A DNA stretch of 64,000 nucleotides from an uncultured Actinomycetota bacterium (GCA_963829525.1 CAWHIJ010000003.1:2208001-2272000); one strand, 5' to 3'; shown: positions 28,304 to 40,608, numbered from the stretch's first letter. Made by a program: numbers and translations. The notes: generated by a model from the letters alone, not told the origin.

Positions 28304-28966
28304 CTAACGTGAGGGGAGCACCTGCTCCAAAGCCGAAACGGCCCGCTCACGGTGGGCACGCAGCAGTGTCTCTGCTCGATCTGCGTCGCGCATCTGGACG
28401 GCCTCAAGCACAGCACGGTGCTCGTCGTGGACCACGTCACGGTGGCTGTCCTCGGCGTAGTAGAGCGACCGGTAGACGTCAGTGGCATCCCACAGCACCC
28501 GCACCAGGCGCGACAACCGCGGCATGTGGGCAGCCTCGATAAGCCCGAAGTGAAACCGGCGGTTCGCCTCCGTCATCGTTACGACATCAGCGGAGGCGGA
28601 GGCCGCTTCGACGTCCTCGAGCGCCGCAGCGAGGCCAGCGATCTCGTCATCGCTGATCTGGGCTAGCGCCACACGCACGGCCTCAGACTCCAGGAGATCC
28701 CGGATTCGGTACACCTCGCGCAGGTCGTCGATGTCAAGCTCGGCAACGAAGTAACCGCGGTGCGGCTGGTAGATCACCTGCCCTTCGCCCTCCAGGATCT
28801 TCAACGCCTCACGAAGGGGCACCCGGGACACCCCGAACCGCTCAGCCAGGGCGTCTTGCAGCACCTGCTCCCCCGGTCGCAGATCACCGGTAACGATTGC
28901 GCGGCGTAGTTCCGCGAGCACCGCCTCCTGGGCGGTTGGTGGTCGGCGGAACTGGTGACCGGTCAT
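28304..28966 (-). CDS. GntR family regulator (FCD domain)
   Basis: LAERFGVSRVPLREAL HTH; NRRFH, EH motifs. Confidence 0.9.
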   Translation of the reverse strand: MTGHQFRRPPTAQEAVLAELRRAIVTGDLRPGEQVLQDALAERFGVSRVPLREALKILEGEGQVIYQPHRGYFVAELDIDDLREVYRIRDLLESEAVRVALAQISDDEIAGLAAALEDVEAASASADVVTMTEANRRFHFGLIEAAHMPRLSRLVRVLWDATDVYRSLYYAEDSHRDVVHDEHRAVLEAVQMRDADRAETLLRAHRERAVSALEQVLPSR

Positions 28967-30108
28967 GTCGATCTCCCCCTTCCATCGCCGCGACCAGCCT
29001 GATCAGCTGCGGTGTTCCCCAGAGAGGGTGGGGCGGTGCGATAGGTGACCGGCGTCCGCCCAAGCCTGATGGGGTTGGCGACCGTCGGCTCGCCATCAAC
29101 GCTCGCCACCGGATCGAGTCCCAGCCGAGCGGCCAGTGCGAATGCTCCTTCGATATCGTTGATCGGACCAGCCGGAACGCCGGCGGCCGAGAGCCTCGCG
29201 AACCACTCATCCGCCCCACGGGACGCAAGGCTTGAACACATCGCGGCATAGAGCTCGTCGCGATGCTGGACCCGCGAGGGATTCGTGGCAAACCTCACGT
29301 CGTCGGCCCACTCCGGCGCCCCGAGCACCTCCGCGCAGGCCCTGAACTGGCGATCGTTGCCTACCGCGATCACCATTTGGTGATCTGCTGTGGGGTACGA
29401 CTCATAGGGCGCAATGCTGGGGTGCCGATTGCCCATGATTTGCGGCACGAACCCGCCCCCGACGTAACCCGCTGACTGGTTCACCATTCCGGACAGCAAG
29501 GACGACAGGAGGTTGACCTCAACACGCTGACCGCGACCACTGGTCACCCGCTCCTGCAGTGCCGCGAGGATTCCCACCGCGGCATGAAGTCCGGTGATCA
29601 CGTCAACAAGCGCCACGCCCACCTTCACGGGCTTGTCGGTGCTCGAACCGGTGATGCTCATCAACCCACCGACTGCCTGAACGAGTAAGTCATACCCAGG
29701 CAGTTCGGCCCCACCCGCAGTGCCGAAGCCGGTGATCGAGCAGTAGACCAAGCCAGGGTGGGTCGCGCGGAGCTCTTCGTAGCCGAGCCCCATCCGGTCG
29801 AAGGCTCCGGGTTTGAAGTTCTCGACCAAGACGTCGGCCCGAGAGACGAGCTCTTTGGCTTCAGCTCGACCCGCGGGTGTCGCGAGGTCGACGACCACTG
29901 ACTCCTTGTTCCGGTTCACCGACGCGAAGTATGTGGACTGGTCCGCCCGCCACGGCGGCCCCCACGCTCGCGTGTCGTCGCCGGCAACTGGACGCTCGAC
30001 CTTGACCACCTCGGCCCCGAGGTCGGCCAGCAGCATCGTTGCGTAAGGACCAGCCAGCACCCGACTGAAGTCGGCGATCACGACGCCATCCAGCGCACCT
30101 GCAGTCAC
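28963..30108 (-). CDS. CaiB/BaiF family class III CoA-transferase
   Basis: DFSRVLAGP, LADLGAEVVKVE, NRNK, ENFKPG, GYD; GGAGG SD before GTG 30108. Confidence 0.88.
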   Translation of the reverse strand: MTAGALDGVVIADFSRVLAGPYATMLLADLGAEVVKVERPVAGDDTRAWGPPWRADQSTYFASVNRNKESVVVDLATPAGRAEAKELVSRADVLVENFKPGAFDRMGLGYEELRATHPGLVYCSITGFGTAGGAELPGYDLLVQAVGGLMSITGSSTDKPVKVGVALVDVITGLHAAVGILAALQERVTSGRGQRVEVNLLSSLLSGMVNQSAGYVGGGFVPQIMGNRHPSIAPYESYPTADHQMVIAVGNDRQFRACAEVLGAPEWADDVRFATNPSRVQHRDELYAAMCSSLASRGADEWFARLSAAGVPAGPINDIEGAFALAARLGLDPVASVDGEPTVANPIRLGRTPVTYRTAPPSLGNTAADQAGRGDGRGRST

Positions 30109-30132
30109 ACAGCCTCCACTCGTCAGGTGGAG

Positions 30133-30144
30133 ATTGTATCCAAT
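30133..30144. promoter_or_regulatory. Putative GntR operator ATTGTATCCAAT
   Basis: One mismatch to the 27059 palindrome; upstream of the CoA-transferase-gntR operon. Confidence 0.55.
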
Positions 30145-30187
30145 TCGTCTGTTGGGCGAGGCACGCCGTGGGTCTGGCCAGAAATCC

Positions 30188-30739
30188 TCAAGCCTGCTCG
30201 CGGCGCCGTTCCTCCGCCACCATCCGTGCCATGCCGAGCAGTACTCGAATGCCAGCACCCAGAAGAGCAACGCCCAACACCATCTGCACCATCGTCACCG
30301 ATCGAGTGACGCTCGACGTGGGGGTGATGTCGCCGTAGCCGACCGTTGCCAACGTGGTGACGGTGAAGTAGAGCGCATCGATGCGATCCAGCGCTTGGCT
30401 ATAGCTACTTGGAGTTGCTTCGGCCAGGCCGTAGTGGATGCTGGCCATCACCACGATGAACAGCGTCGCGACCAAGGCGATGGCCTCAACCGCCCGAAGT
30501 ACTGGGTAGCGCGCCTTGCGGATCTGCCGCATCTGTCGGACGAAGATCGCCCCGAAGATGGCCAGGCCGGCTATCACCGCGATGGCTCTGACCCCGATGT
30601 TGTCGCGGTTGTCCACAGGCAACATGAAGTAGACGGCGAGCAGGGCGGTCACAGCGATCGCTATGCGACCAAGCATCGCGCCAACCTGTCGAGGTCCAGC
30701 CGCTCCGGGGACGAGCGGTTGTCGAGAATCTTCAGTCAA
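30188..30739 (-). CDS. Potassium channel family protein (KcsA-like pore)
   Basis: [19 protein letters not shown] selectivity filter. Confidence 0.85.
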   Translation of the reverse strand: MTEDSRQPLVPGAAGPRQVGAMLGRIAIAVTALLAVYFMLPVDNRDNIGVRAIAVIAGLAIFGAIFVRQMRQIRKARYPVLRAVEAIALVATLFIVVMASIHYGLAEATPSSYSQALDRIDALYFTVTTLATVGYGDITPTSSVTRSVTMVQMVLGVALLGAGIRVLLGMARMVAEERRREQA

Positions 30740-31860
30740 CGCTGCTCCCGGCCCGAATCATTCGCTGCAGCCAACTGACCGCATGCGCCGTCAATCTCCC
30801 GCCCCCGCGTATCTCGCACAGTCACCGCGACACCATGGTCCTCCAACTTGCGGACAAACGCCCGCTCTGCCTCTGGCGACGATGCCGTCCACACCGACCC
30901 GGGCGTCGGGTTGAGCGGGATGACATTCACATGGACCAGGCGCCTTTTGAGCATCGACCCCAGCAGGTGGGCCCGCCACGGTTGGTCGTTGATGTCGCGG
31001 ATCAGGGCATACTCAATCGAAACGCGCCGACCGGTGGTGTCGGCGTACGCCCACGCGGCAGCCAGGACCTCGTCGACCGGGTACCGCGTGTTCAGCGGCA
31101 CCAGAGTGTTGCGCAGCTCGTCGTCGGGTGCGTGCAGCGAGACTGCCAGCGTGACGGGAAGTCCCTCCCCCGTGAGTCGCTCCATGGCGGGAACGAGCCC
31201 TACCGTCGACACGGTCACCGATCGCGCCGAGATGCCGAGCCCGGACGGTGACGGCTCGGTGATCCGACGCACGGCGTCAACCACCGAGCGGTAGTTGGCC
31301 AGCGGTTCGCCCATACCCATGAAGACCACGTTCGACACCCGCCCTGCGCCTCCAGCGACTTGGCCTGACGCCAACATCCGAGCGCCAGCAACCACCTGCT
31401 CGACGATCTCAGCCGTTGACATGTTACGAGTGAGACCAGCCTGCCCAGTAGCACAGAACGGGCAGTTCATCCCGCACCCAGCTTGTGACGAGACGCACAT
31501 CGTCGTGCGGCCCGGGTAACGCATGAGTACGCTCTCGACCATCGCGCCATCGAAGAGCCGCACGACATTCTTCACCGTCGCCCCGTCGTCGCAGGTAAGA
31601 CTCTGTACTGGCGAGAGCACTGCCGGCATGACCTGTTCGACAAGTTCCTTCCGGCCGGCCGCCGGCAGGTCGGTCATCTCGACCGGATCATGCTCCAGAC
31701 GCTCGAAGTAGTGCCGAGAGAGCTGGTCGGCGCGAAAGGCCGAATGACCCAGTTCGACGAGCCACTCCCGTCGGCCCGCTAGGTCGAGATCGGCGAGATG
31801 GCGCGGAGGCTTGGCACGCCTGGGCGCCACCATCACGAGCTCGCCGGGTTTAGGGGACAT
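30736..31860 (-). CDS. rlmN: 23S rRNA m2A2503 methyltransferase
   Basis: CGMNCPFC radical SAM motif, FMGMGEP, SLHAPDD, GACGQL. Confidence 0.95.
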   Translation of the reverse strand: MSPKPGELVMVAPRRAKPPRHLADLDLAGRREWLVELGHSAFRADQLSRHYFERLEHDPVEMTDLPAAGRKELVEQVMPAVLSPVQSLTCDDGATVKNVVRLFDGAMVESVLMRYPGRTTMCVSSQAGCGMNCPFCATGQAGLTRNMSTAEIVEQVVAGARMLASGQVAGGAGRVSNVVFMGMGEPLANYRSVVDAVRRITEPSPSGLGISARSVTVSTVGLVPAMERLTGEGLPVTLAVSLHAPDDELRNTLVPLNTRYPVDEVLAAAWAYADTTGRRVSIEYALIRDINDQPWRAHLLGSMLKRRLVHVNVIPLNPTPGSVWTASSPEAERAFVRKLEDHGVAVTVRDTRGREIDGACGQLAAANDSGREQR

Positions 31861-32492
31861 CAGGACCGTCGGTGACTCTGGACGCGCCCCAGCAAGTCGC
31901 TAGCAGCGATGCCAAGTTCGTGCGCCGTCCCGGTCAACCACTCCGTTGCCAGGTCGTCGGGGGTGAGGCCGGCCCCACCGAGCACCGCTTGAACAGCCAG
32001 ACCGTCCATGAGGCAGGCAATTCGCAGGGTGGTGCGGACGGAGTCGTCGACGGTGAACACCCCCGCCGCAACACCGGCATCCACCACGCGCTGGATCTCG
32101 TCGCGCCAACGCTTGTCGGAGAGCCGACGAAGTCCGTCGATCCGCTCGTCGTGCAGCCCACGCACCCAGACCTCGAGCCAGAGCTGCCAGTCGCCGAAAG
32201 CAGGTCCACCCTCGGCCGAGAGCAACGCCATGCGTACCAGCTGGTCGCGAGCATCTGCTTCGTCACCGTCTGCAAGTTCGGCGTAATAGTCGTCTTCCAC
32301 CGATTCGAGGGCTGCGACCAAGACATCTGCCAGGCTGCTGAAGTGATAGAGAACGAGCGCTGGACTTGTTCCAGCGGTGGTAGCGATGTCTGCTACCCGC
32401 GTGCCAGAAAATCCTCGCTCACGGAGCACGGCGATGGCTGCAGCGAGGATGCGACGACGACGTTCGTCGGGTGCCTTGGCTGCCAAAGTCAT
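31860..32492 (-). CDS. TetR/BetI-type transcriptional regulator
   Basis: [23 protein letters not shown]...LVLYHF HTH; DGLAVQ. Confidence 0.85.
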   Translation of the reverse strand: MTLAAKAPDERRRRILAAAIAVLRERGFSGTRVADIATTAGTSPALVLYHFSSLADVLVAALESVEDDYYAELADGDEADARDQLVRMALLSAEGGPAFGDWQLWLEVWVRGLHDERIDGLRRLSDKRWRDEIQRVVDAGVAAGVFTVDDSVRTTLRIACLMDGLAVQAVLGGAGLTPDDLATEWLTGTAHELGIAASDLLGRVQSHRRS

Positions 32493-32520
32493 GCCCTCAT
32501 CATTCACCATGCGGCCTCGA

Positions 32521-33387
32521 TCACCCCGCAACAGCGGCCAGGACGAGCGCCATCACCGGCGCTGTCGGCAGCAGCGAGTCGAGGCGGTCCATGATTCCGC
32601 CGTGCTCCGGCAGGAGCCGCCCCATGTCCTTGACGCCGAGGTCGCGCTTGAGCAGCGACTCGGCAAGGTCACCGGCCGTGGCCGTCGCAACCGCGACGAG
32701 CCCAACCAGAGCGCCCTGCCACCAGGTGGCATCGAGCAACAGTGGAACAGCAACCGCCGACCCCGCCGTCGCCGCGACGACCGAGCCGGCCACGCCCTCC
32801 CATGACTTCTTCGGACTCACAGACGGTGCCATCGGGTGCTTGCCGAATCGCACCCCAGCTGCGAATCCGCCCGTATCACTCAACGCAACAGCCAAGATGA
32901 AGATCACAATTCGGTCAGCACCGTCGTCCGCGGACACCATGAGGACCGCAGATGCCGCCAGCAGGGGCACGTAGACCGCGACGAACGCTCCAACAACCAA
33001 GTCCTGGGCCAGTCGATCCTCCGGACCGACGAGGCGCGCCGCCGCCATCGCCACGATGGTCAGAGTCAGCGCAACCGTAAGGGCATCGGTTCCGTCGACG
33101 TACGCTGCGACGACCATGGCTGCCCCACCGACCATGAGAGGAACGACAGGTACATCTATCGAGCGCCCGGACAGAACCTGACACACCTCATAGACGGCGA
33201 TGACAACCGCAACGACCACCAGAGCGACAAAAAGCGCTGTCACCGTGTAGAGGGTGATCAGCACGAGAGCGGCCAATGTCACGCCGACGGCGGTCGCCAC
33301 AGGGATGTTACGGCCAGCTCGGCGCTTCGCTCCCGTGGTGGAACTAGGTTCGGTCGCTGGCACCGGTGACCCAGGTGAGTCCGTCAT
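32521..33387 (-). CDS. cdsA: Phosphatidate cytidylyltransferase
   Basis: SDTGG, SPKKSWEG, GDLAESLLKRDLGVKDMG, HGGIMDRLDS. Confidence 0.93.
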   Translation of the reverse strand: MTDSPGSPVPATEPSSTTGAKRRAGRNIPVATAVGVTLAALVLITLYTVTALFVALVVVAVVIAVYEVCQVLSGRSIDVPVVPLMVGGAAMVVAAYVDGTDALTVALTLTIVAMAAARLVGPEDRLAQDLVVGAFVAVYVPLLAASAVLMVSADDGADRIVIFILAVALSDTGGFAAGVRFGKHPMAPSVSPKKSWEGVAGSVVAATAGSAVAVPLLLDATWWQGALVGLVAVATATAGDLAESLLKRDLGVKDMGRLLPEHGGIMDRLDSLLPTAPVMALVLAAVAG

Positions 33388-33944
33388 TAGACCTCGAGAA
33401 GCTCAGCTTCCTTGTGCTTCAAAAGATCGTCGACCTGTGCAGTGAACTTGTGGGTGAGCTCGTCGAGGTGCTTCTCGGCCCGTCGGACGTCGTCCTCACC
33501 GACTTCCCCATCTTTTTGCAGCTTGTCGAGGTGATCTTTGGCATGTCGACGGACGTTGCGCATTGCCACCCGTGCGTCCTCAGCCTTGTGCTTTGCGACC
33601 TTGATGAACTCCTTCCTGCGCTCCTCGGTGAGGGGCGGAAAGGAGATTCGGATGATCGTGCCATCGTCGACCGGGTTAACGCCCAAGTCGGAGTCGCGGA
33701 TCGCCTTCTCAATCGCGGTGAGTGCACTCTTGTCGTACGGACTGACAATCATCTGCGACGGTTCCGGCGACTGGAACGACGCGAGCTGGTTCACCGGAGT
33801 AGGAGTTCCGTAGTAGTCGGCGAGGATTTTGTTGAACATGGCTGGGTTTGCCCGACCGGTCCGGATCGTCGAGAAGTCCTCCTTGGCAACGGCGATGGCC
33901 TTGCCCATCTTTTCCTCGGCCTCACGCATTGTCTCGTCGATCAT
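33387..33944 (-). CDS. frr: Ribosome recycling factor
   Basis: [23 protein letters not shown]. Confidence 0.97.
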   Translation of the reverse strand: MIDETMREAEEKMGKAIAVAKEDFSTIRTGRANPAMFNKILADYYGTPTPVNQLASFQSPEPSQMIVSPYDKSALTAIEKAIRDSDLGVNPVDDGTIIRISFPPLTEERRKEFIKVAKHKAEDARVAMRNVRRHAKDHLDKLQKDGEVGEDDVRRAEKHLDELTHKFTAQVDDLLKHKEAELLEV

Positions 33945-33961
33945 CGACTCCTACCTTCTTC

Positions 33962-34715
<754 letters not shown>

Positions 34716-34751
34716 GAGCAGCTCCTCGGTCGGTCCTGCGCGCAGTCTGCC

Positions 34752-35573
34752 TCAGACCTGGCCGACCTCGAAACGGGCGAACCGGGTGAGCGTGACACCA
34801 GCTTCGGCGAGCACCTGCCTTACCGTCTTCTTCTGGTCTTGGACGCTCGGCTGATCGAGCAGGACGACCTGCTTGTAGAAACCAGTGACACGACCATCGA
34901 CGATCTTCGGAAGCGCCGCTTCCGGCTTGCCCTCCTCGCGGGCGGTCGCCTCGGCGATCCGGCGCTCGTTCTCGACGACGTCGGCGGGAATGTCCTCACG
35001 ACTCAGGTACTGCGGCCGCATCGCCGCCACCTGCATTGCGGCCCCGCGAGCTGCATCGACGTCGCCGCCCTCGTAGCCAACGAGCACACCGACCGACGGC
35101 GGAAGGTCGCTGGCCCGCTTGTGGAGGTAGACCGTGCTGGCACCTTCGAAGACCGCCACACGACCGAGGACGAGCTTCTCGCCGATGACCGCGGCCAGTG
35201 CGTCGATGGCCTGCTGGACGGTCTGGCCGTCCGCAAGTGCCGCGGCCGCCAGCTGCTTCGCTCGACGCCGCCTTCGTGGCAGCCGCGGCTGCGGCGATCT
35301 GCGCACCGCAGGTCCTGGAACTTGTCGTTCTTGGCCACGAAGTCGGTCTCGCAGTTCAGCTCGATCAAGCGCCGATCGGTGGAGGCGACCAGACCATTGG
35401 CGGCGGTGCGCTCGGCTCGCTTGCCAAGACTCTTGGCGCCCTTGATGCGCAGCAGCTCGACGGCCTTGTCGAAGTCGCCTTCGGCCTCTTCGAGTGCCTT
35501 CTTGCTGTCCATCATCCCGGCGCCCGTTGCCTCGCGGAGGCGCTTGACATCGGCGGCGGTGAACGTTCGCCAT
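34752..35573 (-). CDS. tsf: Elongation factor Ts (several frameshifts)
   Basis: [30 protein letters not shown] in one frame; IGEKL...RFEVG in another. Confidence 0.92.
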   Translation of the reverse strand: MANVHRRRCQAPPRGNGRRDDGQQEGTRRGRRRLRQGRRAAAHQGRQESWQASRAHRRQWSGRLHRSALDRAELRDRLRGQERQVPGPAVRRSPQPRLPRRRRRAKQLAAAALADGQTVQQAIDALAAVIGEKLVLGRVAVFEGASTVYLHKRASDLPPSVGVLVGYEGGDVDAARGAAMQVAAMRPQYLSREDIPADVVENERRIAEATAREEGKPEAALPKIVDGRVTGFYKQVVLLDQPSVQDQKKTVRQVLAEAGVTLTRFARFEVGQV

Positions 35574-35612
35574 GGGGTTCCTTCCCTCGTCGATCTGGGT
35601 ACGTGCAGTTGG

Positions 35613-36518
35613 TCAGGCTTGGTCAGCTGGGCTCGGTCTGCGGCCGCGGGCTCGGTCGGTGCGTCGCCGACGACCGGACTCTCGGCCGCCGACTCCTCGA
35701 CTGCCGGGGCATCCACTCGCGACGGGCGGTCGGTCGTCACCGCTGAGCAGCTCGCGCTCCCACTCCGGCAGCGGCTCTGCGGCGCCTGGTTCGGCCGCTC
35801 AGGCTTGGCGTCACCAGTAGCCGCCCCGGCGCGCGAGACCAGGCCATCGGCCACAGCGTCTGCGATCACGCGGGTAAGCAGTGCGACCGAGCGAATGGCG
35901 TCGTCGTTGCCCGGGATCGGGTAGTCGACGACGTCAGGGTCGCAGTTGCTGTCGAGGATCGCGACGACCGGGATGCCCAGCTTGCTTGGCCTCATCGACC
36001 GCGATCGACTCCTTGTTGGTGTCGATGACCCAGAGCGCGCTCGGGGATCTTGGCCATGTCACGGATTCCGCCGAGGGTCCGCTCGAGCTTGACCTTCTCC
36101 CGGCGGAGGACGAGCAGCTCCTTCTTCGTCAGGCCTGAGCCGGCGACATCGTCGAAGTCGATCTCCTCAAGCTCCTTGAGACGCTGCAGCCGCTTGTGCA
36201 CCGTCTGGAAGTTGGTGAGCATGCCACCCAGCCAACGGTGGTTGACGTAGGGCATGCCGACTCGGGTGGCCTGCTCGGCGATGGCCTCTTGGCCTGCTTC
36301 TTCGTGCCGACGAACATCACTGAGCCGCCGTGGGCGACGGTCTCCTTGACGAACTCGTAGGCGCGGTCGATGAAGGCCAGCGACTGCTGCAGATCGATGA
36401 TGTAGATGCCGTTGCGCTCGGTGAAGATGAAACGCTTCATCTTCGGGTTCCACCGACGGGTCTGGTGCCCGAAATGGACACCGCTCTCAAGCAACTGCCT
36501 CATGGTGACGACGGCCAT
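35613..36518 (-). CDS. rpsB: 30S ribosomal protein S2 (several frameshifts; 3' end approximate)
   Basis: [22 protein letters not shown]; [10 protein letters not shown]; [17 protein letters not shown], spread over three ORFs. Confidence 0.92.
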
Positions 36519-36519
36519 A

Positions 36520-36726
36520 GCCGAAACTCTCCTCACCCGCGCTGGCGCGCGGTACTCGGTTCTGTGCCCGCGACGGCGCCGCGAACCCTGATGTCTGTCG
36601 CGGCCTGCCGAACCGATCGCGAGATCGGGCCGGACCGAGTGGCCAACCCCCGCGCCCGTGCGAACGGGGCGAGCGGGACGGACATGCGAAGTCACTCTGC
36701 GAACAGAGTGCTGGTGCGGAGTCTAC
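36520..36726 (-). promoter_or_regulatory. rpsB promoter (-10 TAGACT) and long GC-rich 5' leader
   Basis: TAGACT on minus strand at 36720-36725; about 190-nt untranslated leader with several hairpins. Confidence 0.45.
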
Positions 36727-36851
36727 GGGCCCGGTCCGGACGGGCCTAATCCGGATTCTCCGACCATGCACAGGTTCCTCGGGTACCCCCGATCCACCGT
36801 CCGGCAGGGGCACGACTCCCATCAGCGGCCCTGGCCGGAAGATCGTCGGTC

Positions 36852-37436
36852 ATGAACCCCTTTGCCCTTGGCCTGGCTACCGCGACCTTGGCCGCCCTTG
36901 TCGCCAATCTCCCCCTCACCGCCGCGACTCTCCCGGCTCGCCAGCCGCCCCCCGCCCAGCGTGCTGCGGGTCTTGCCACTCCACGTGACACCGCGGCGTC
37001 ATGGCCAACGACCCCAGCCACGGTCCTCCGCCCCTTCGAGCCGCATGAGGCCTTCGGGCCGGGGCACCGCGGAGTCGACCTCGCGGCCGTTCCTGGGCAG
37101 GAGGTCAGATCGGCCCTGATCGGTAGGGTCTCGTTCGCGGGAGAAGTCGCTGGGCGGCCGATCGTGGTCATCGAACACGAGGGTGATCTGCGCACCACAT
37201 ACCTACCGTTGGCCGCCACGGTGGCCGTAGGTACTCGCGTCGACGCTGGCCAACCCATCGGGACACTCGCGGTGGGCGCACACTGCCCGGTGAGCAGCTG
37301 TTTGCACTGGGGGGCGCGGCTTGGCAACGAGTATGTGGATCCGCTGACACTCTTGGGGCGTGAGGTAGTGCTTCTTCCGCTCGACGGCGACACGACCTCT
37401 GCGGCTTACGGCAGCCTCAGACTGAGTGAGCCCTAG
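36852..37436 (+). CDS. M23 family peptidase (secreted)
   Basis: Signal peptide; GHRGVD, RTTY, CLHWG; conserved position beside rpsB in actinobacteria. Confidence 0.82.
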   Translation: MNPFALGLATATLAALVANLPLTAATLPARQPPPAQRAAGLATPRDTAASWPTTPATVLRPFEPHEAFGPGHRGVDLAAVPGQEVRSALIGRVSFAGEVAGRPIVVIEHEGDLRTTYLPLAATVAVGTRVDAGQPIGTLAVGAHCPVSSCLHWGARLGNEYVDPLTLLGREVVLLPLDGDTTSAAYGSLRLSEP

Positions 37437-38497
37437 TCGGGGGCGTCTGCCAGCCGTCCTCGCAGCTGCAGAACCGCCTTGGTATGCATCTGACAGATGC
37501 GGCTCTCGGTAACCCCAAGGACCTGCCCGATCTCGGCCAAGGTGAGCCCCTCGTAGTAGTAGAGCGTCACCACGATCTTTTCGCGCTCTGGCAAATGGTT
37601 GATCGCCTTGGCGAGCAGATACTTGGTCTCCTCGGACTCAAAGGCTGCCACCGGATCTTCGGCCTTGGTGTCCTCAAGCGTGTCGACCAGGCTCAGCTTG
37701 TCCCCCTTCTCACCACCAACGTTGAGCAACTCGTCGAGTGCTACGACGTTGACGAACGAGACGCGGCTGAAGATCGTGTGGAGCTCGTCGAGGGTGATGC
37801 CCATCTCCTCGGCGACCTCTGGTTCGGTGGGAGTCCGGTGCAGCTTCGCCTCCAGCGCTGCGTACGCCCGCTCGACCTCGCGAGCCTTGTAACGCACGGA
37901 CCTGGGAATCCAGTCGATCGACCTCAGCTCGTCGATGATGGCCCCGCGGATCCGGCTGATCGCATACGTCTCGAACTTGATGGCGCGCTCGAGGTCGAAC
38001 TTCTCGATGGCGTCGATGAGGCCGAAAATGCCGTAGGAAACGAGATCGGCTTGCTCGATGTTGGGGGGTAGACCCACGCCGACTCGGCCGGCGACGTACT
38101 TCACCAACGGCGAGTAGTGCAGGATCAACCGCTCCCGCAGGCTCTGCTCGGCCGTGTCTTTGAAGTCCCTCCAGAGCTGCTGGAGCGCCTGCTCTGCCAC
38201 CGCCGCCTCGTCGAGTGCATCGAACGCGTCGGCCGCGGCAATCGCGGCCGCCGCCTTTGCAGCGGTCCCCTTCGACTTCGCAGGCGGCGCAGCAGCTGCC
38301 TTCTTCTTCGCCGGCGAGGAGGCTTTCGACGCTGGCGTGGACTCCGCCGATTTGGCCGCCGGGGACTTCTTGGCGGTCGCCCGCTTGGCAACGGTTTTCG
38401 CCGGCGCCTTGGCGGCACTCTTCTCGGTGCTCGATCGCCCAGAGGACGCCCGTGACGCCGCTGCGTCCGGTTCAGGCGCGGGGGTGCGCTTGGTCAT
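37433..38497 (-). CDS. whiG: FliA/WhiG family RNA polymerase sigma factor
   Basis: [61 protein letters not shown]. Confidence 0.9.
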   Translation of the reverse strand: MTKRTPAPEPDAAASRASSGRSSTEKSAAKAPAKTVAKRATAKKSPAAKSAESTPASKASSPAKKKAAAAPPAKSKGTAAKAAAAIAAADAFDALDEAAVAEQALQQLWRDFKDTAEQSLRERLILHYSPLVKYVAGRVGVGLPPNIEQADLVSYGIFGLIDAIEKFDLERAIKFETYAISRIRGAIIDELRSIDWIPRSVRYKAREVERAYAALEAKLHRTPTEPEVAEEMGITLDELHTIFSRVSFVNVVALDELLNVGGEKGDKLSLVDTLEDTKAEDPVAAFESEETKYLLAKAINHLPEREKIVVTLYYYEGLTLAEIGQVLGVTESRICQMHTKAVLQLRGRLADAPD

Positions 38498-39420
38498 ACG
38501 CCCTCTTCAGTCGGTCAACGGAGACATGGGTGTAGATCTGGGTCGTCGCGAGCGTAGCGTGCCCCAACAGCTCTTGGACGGAGCGCAGGTCGGCGCCGCC
38601 TTCAAGCAGGTGCGTGGCCGCGGTGTGCCGCAGTCCATGCGGGCCGAGATCGGGTGCGTCCTCGACCGATGCCAGGTGTTCGTGTACCAGGGTACGAACC
38701 GCCCGCTGGTCGATGCGACGCCCCCTCCTCCCGAGGAAGAGCGCTGGCCCGCTTCCGGAGCGTGCCAGCTCAACTCTCGGACCCGCAAGCCACCGATCGA
38801 TGGCCACCTGGGCTGGGATCCCGTAGGGCACCGTACGTTCCTTGGCGCCCTTTCCGAAAACTCGAACCGTGCGCCGCCCGTCGTCGACGTCGTCGACGTC
38901 GAGCCCGCATAGCTCACTCACACGGATACCGGTGGCATAGAGCAGCTCCAAGATGGCGACATCTCGTGGACCGACCGGGTCGTCGCCCTCGGCAGCACGC
39001 TCGGCGGCGGAGTCGAGTAGGTCGATGACCTGGCCGGCACCCAGGACCTGGGGAAGCGTCCGATGTGCCTTTGGGCGCGCCAACCGGGCACCGGCGTCGC
39101 GGTCCCCTCTGCCGCTGCGTTCAAGCCACCGGGCGAAGGTACGAGCTGCCGACGCCTTTCGTGCGATAGTGCTGCGCGCCCGGCCGGTGGTCTGTTGCAA
39201 CGCCAGCCAACTGCGTAGGTCAGCGAGATCGAGCTCACCAGCCGTTGCGCGCCCCCTGCGGCTGGCATGTTCGAGCAAACTGCCGATGTCGGTGCGTGTA
39301 AGCCCGCACCGAGCTCGGCGAAAGCCCGCGCTCCGATCGCAGATGGCGCTCAAATGCCTCCGCGGCCTCCGCTAACGCGCCCGGAAGCGCCTCTTCGGCG
39401 GCCACTGGTTGATCAGACAC
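38472..39420 (-). CDS. xerC: Tyrosine recombinase XerC (frameshift near 39295)
   Basis: [19 protein letters not shown]; [34 protein letters not shown]. Confidence 0.9.
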
Positions 39421-39474
39421 TGCCCTACCGTGCGTGACAGCGAACCTCGAGGCAAGCCCCCGCGCCGCCCGACC

Positions 39475-40608
39475 TCAGCCCTCCCGACGAAGAACGGTGT
39501 CAGCGGCGCCGGGAACCCGGACGAATCCGGCGGCCACCTCACGGATCAGCCCGGTAGCCGCCAGACGGAGCACGATGCCGCCTGTCACGCCGACGTCCAC
39601 CCCCGCGCTGACCGCCAGCTGGGCGACCCCCACCGGGGATTCGGTTGGCATGGCCTCCAGCACCCGCAGGGACATCGGATCGAGTGAGTCACTGACCCGG
39701 AGCAGGGGGCTCGCGCGATCGGCGAGCTCGCCGATCAACCCGACCTCCTCAATCACCTCCGACGCGTCGGTGACGAGGCGGGCCGGCTCGTCACCGCGGG
39801 CCAATCGGTGACAGCCCGCGGACAGTGCCGAGGTGACCGGGCCGGGGACGACGAGGACCGGACGTCCGAGCCGGCGGGCGGCAGCTGCGGTGTTCAGCGC
39901 CCCCGAGCGATGGGCTGCCTCGACCACGACGGTGCCTCGAGTAAGTGCCGCGATGATCCGGTTGCGCAGGAGAAACCGGGGCTTGGTGGGGGTGGTACCA
40001 GGAGGGAACTCCGAGACGAGAGCCCCGCCCTCATCACGAAGCCTGGCAAAGAGGCTGACGTGCCCCCGCGGATAGGCAACATCAGCGCCGAAGGCGAGGG
40101 CTGCGATGGTGACGCCACCGGCTGCGAGGGCACCACGATGGGCTGCCGCGTCGATGCCGTAGGCCCCTCCGGAGACCACGGCCCATCCCCGCGCTGCCAG
40201 GTCGGTGGCCAGTTCACTGGCCACGTGCACCCCGTACTGCGTCGCGGCTCTGGCGCCAACGATGGCCACCGACCTGGCTGCTGCGGCGCGCAGCTCGCCG
40301 CCGACGACGAACAGGCCCCAGGGAGCGGCAGGGCCCAACGCCATGAGCTGGGTGGGCCACTCACCGTCGCCCGGTACGAGATAACGCCCACCGTGAGCCG
40401 AAAAGGCTTCGCCTTGGTCGATCGGGGGTAGCGCGAGCCTGGCACGGTAGTGCTCGACCCCACGCACGGTCCGGTCATTGGCCTCGATCCGCGCCAGCAC
40501 CTCACTGCCCGAGCTGCTCGCAAGCTCTGCGCCGAGACGTTCGTCTCCAGGTTCGGCGAGCTGCGAGAGCCTCATCCGTGCCACCCGCTCGTCGGCTAAA
40601 CCGCCCAT
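39475..40608 (-). CDS. dprA: DNA-processing protein DprA
   Basis: VAIVGAR, VSGGAYGIDAAAH, RNRIIAAL, VVEAAHRSGAL. Confidence 0.92.
   Translation of the reverse strand: MGGLADERVARMRLSQLAEPGDERLGAELASSSGSEVLARIEANDRTVRGVEHYRARLALPPIDQGEAFSAHGGRYLVPGDGEWPTQLMALGPAAPWGLFVVGGELRAAAARSVAIVGARAATQYGVHVASELATDLAARGWAVVSGGAYGIDAAAHRGALAAGGVTIAALAFGADVAYPRGHVSLFARLRDEGGALVSEFPPGTTPTKPRFLLRNRIIAALTRGTVVVEAAHRSGALNTAAAARRLGRPVLVVPGPVTSALSAGCHRLARGDEPARLVTDASEVIEEVGLIGELADRASPLLRVSDSLDPMSLRVLEAMPTESPVGVAQLAVSAGVDVGVTGGIVLRLAATGLIREVAAGFVRVPGAADTVLRREG

Noticed and set aside
35003-35995. Apparent RpsB-EF-Ts fusion ORF
   Set aside because: Produced by indels in a region with many frameshifts; tsf has its own SD and ATG at 35573.
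38472-39420. Tyrosine recombinase as a phage or island integrase
   Set aside because: Sits in the conserved dprA-xerC-whiG context; no att sites or cargo seen.
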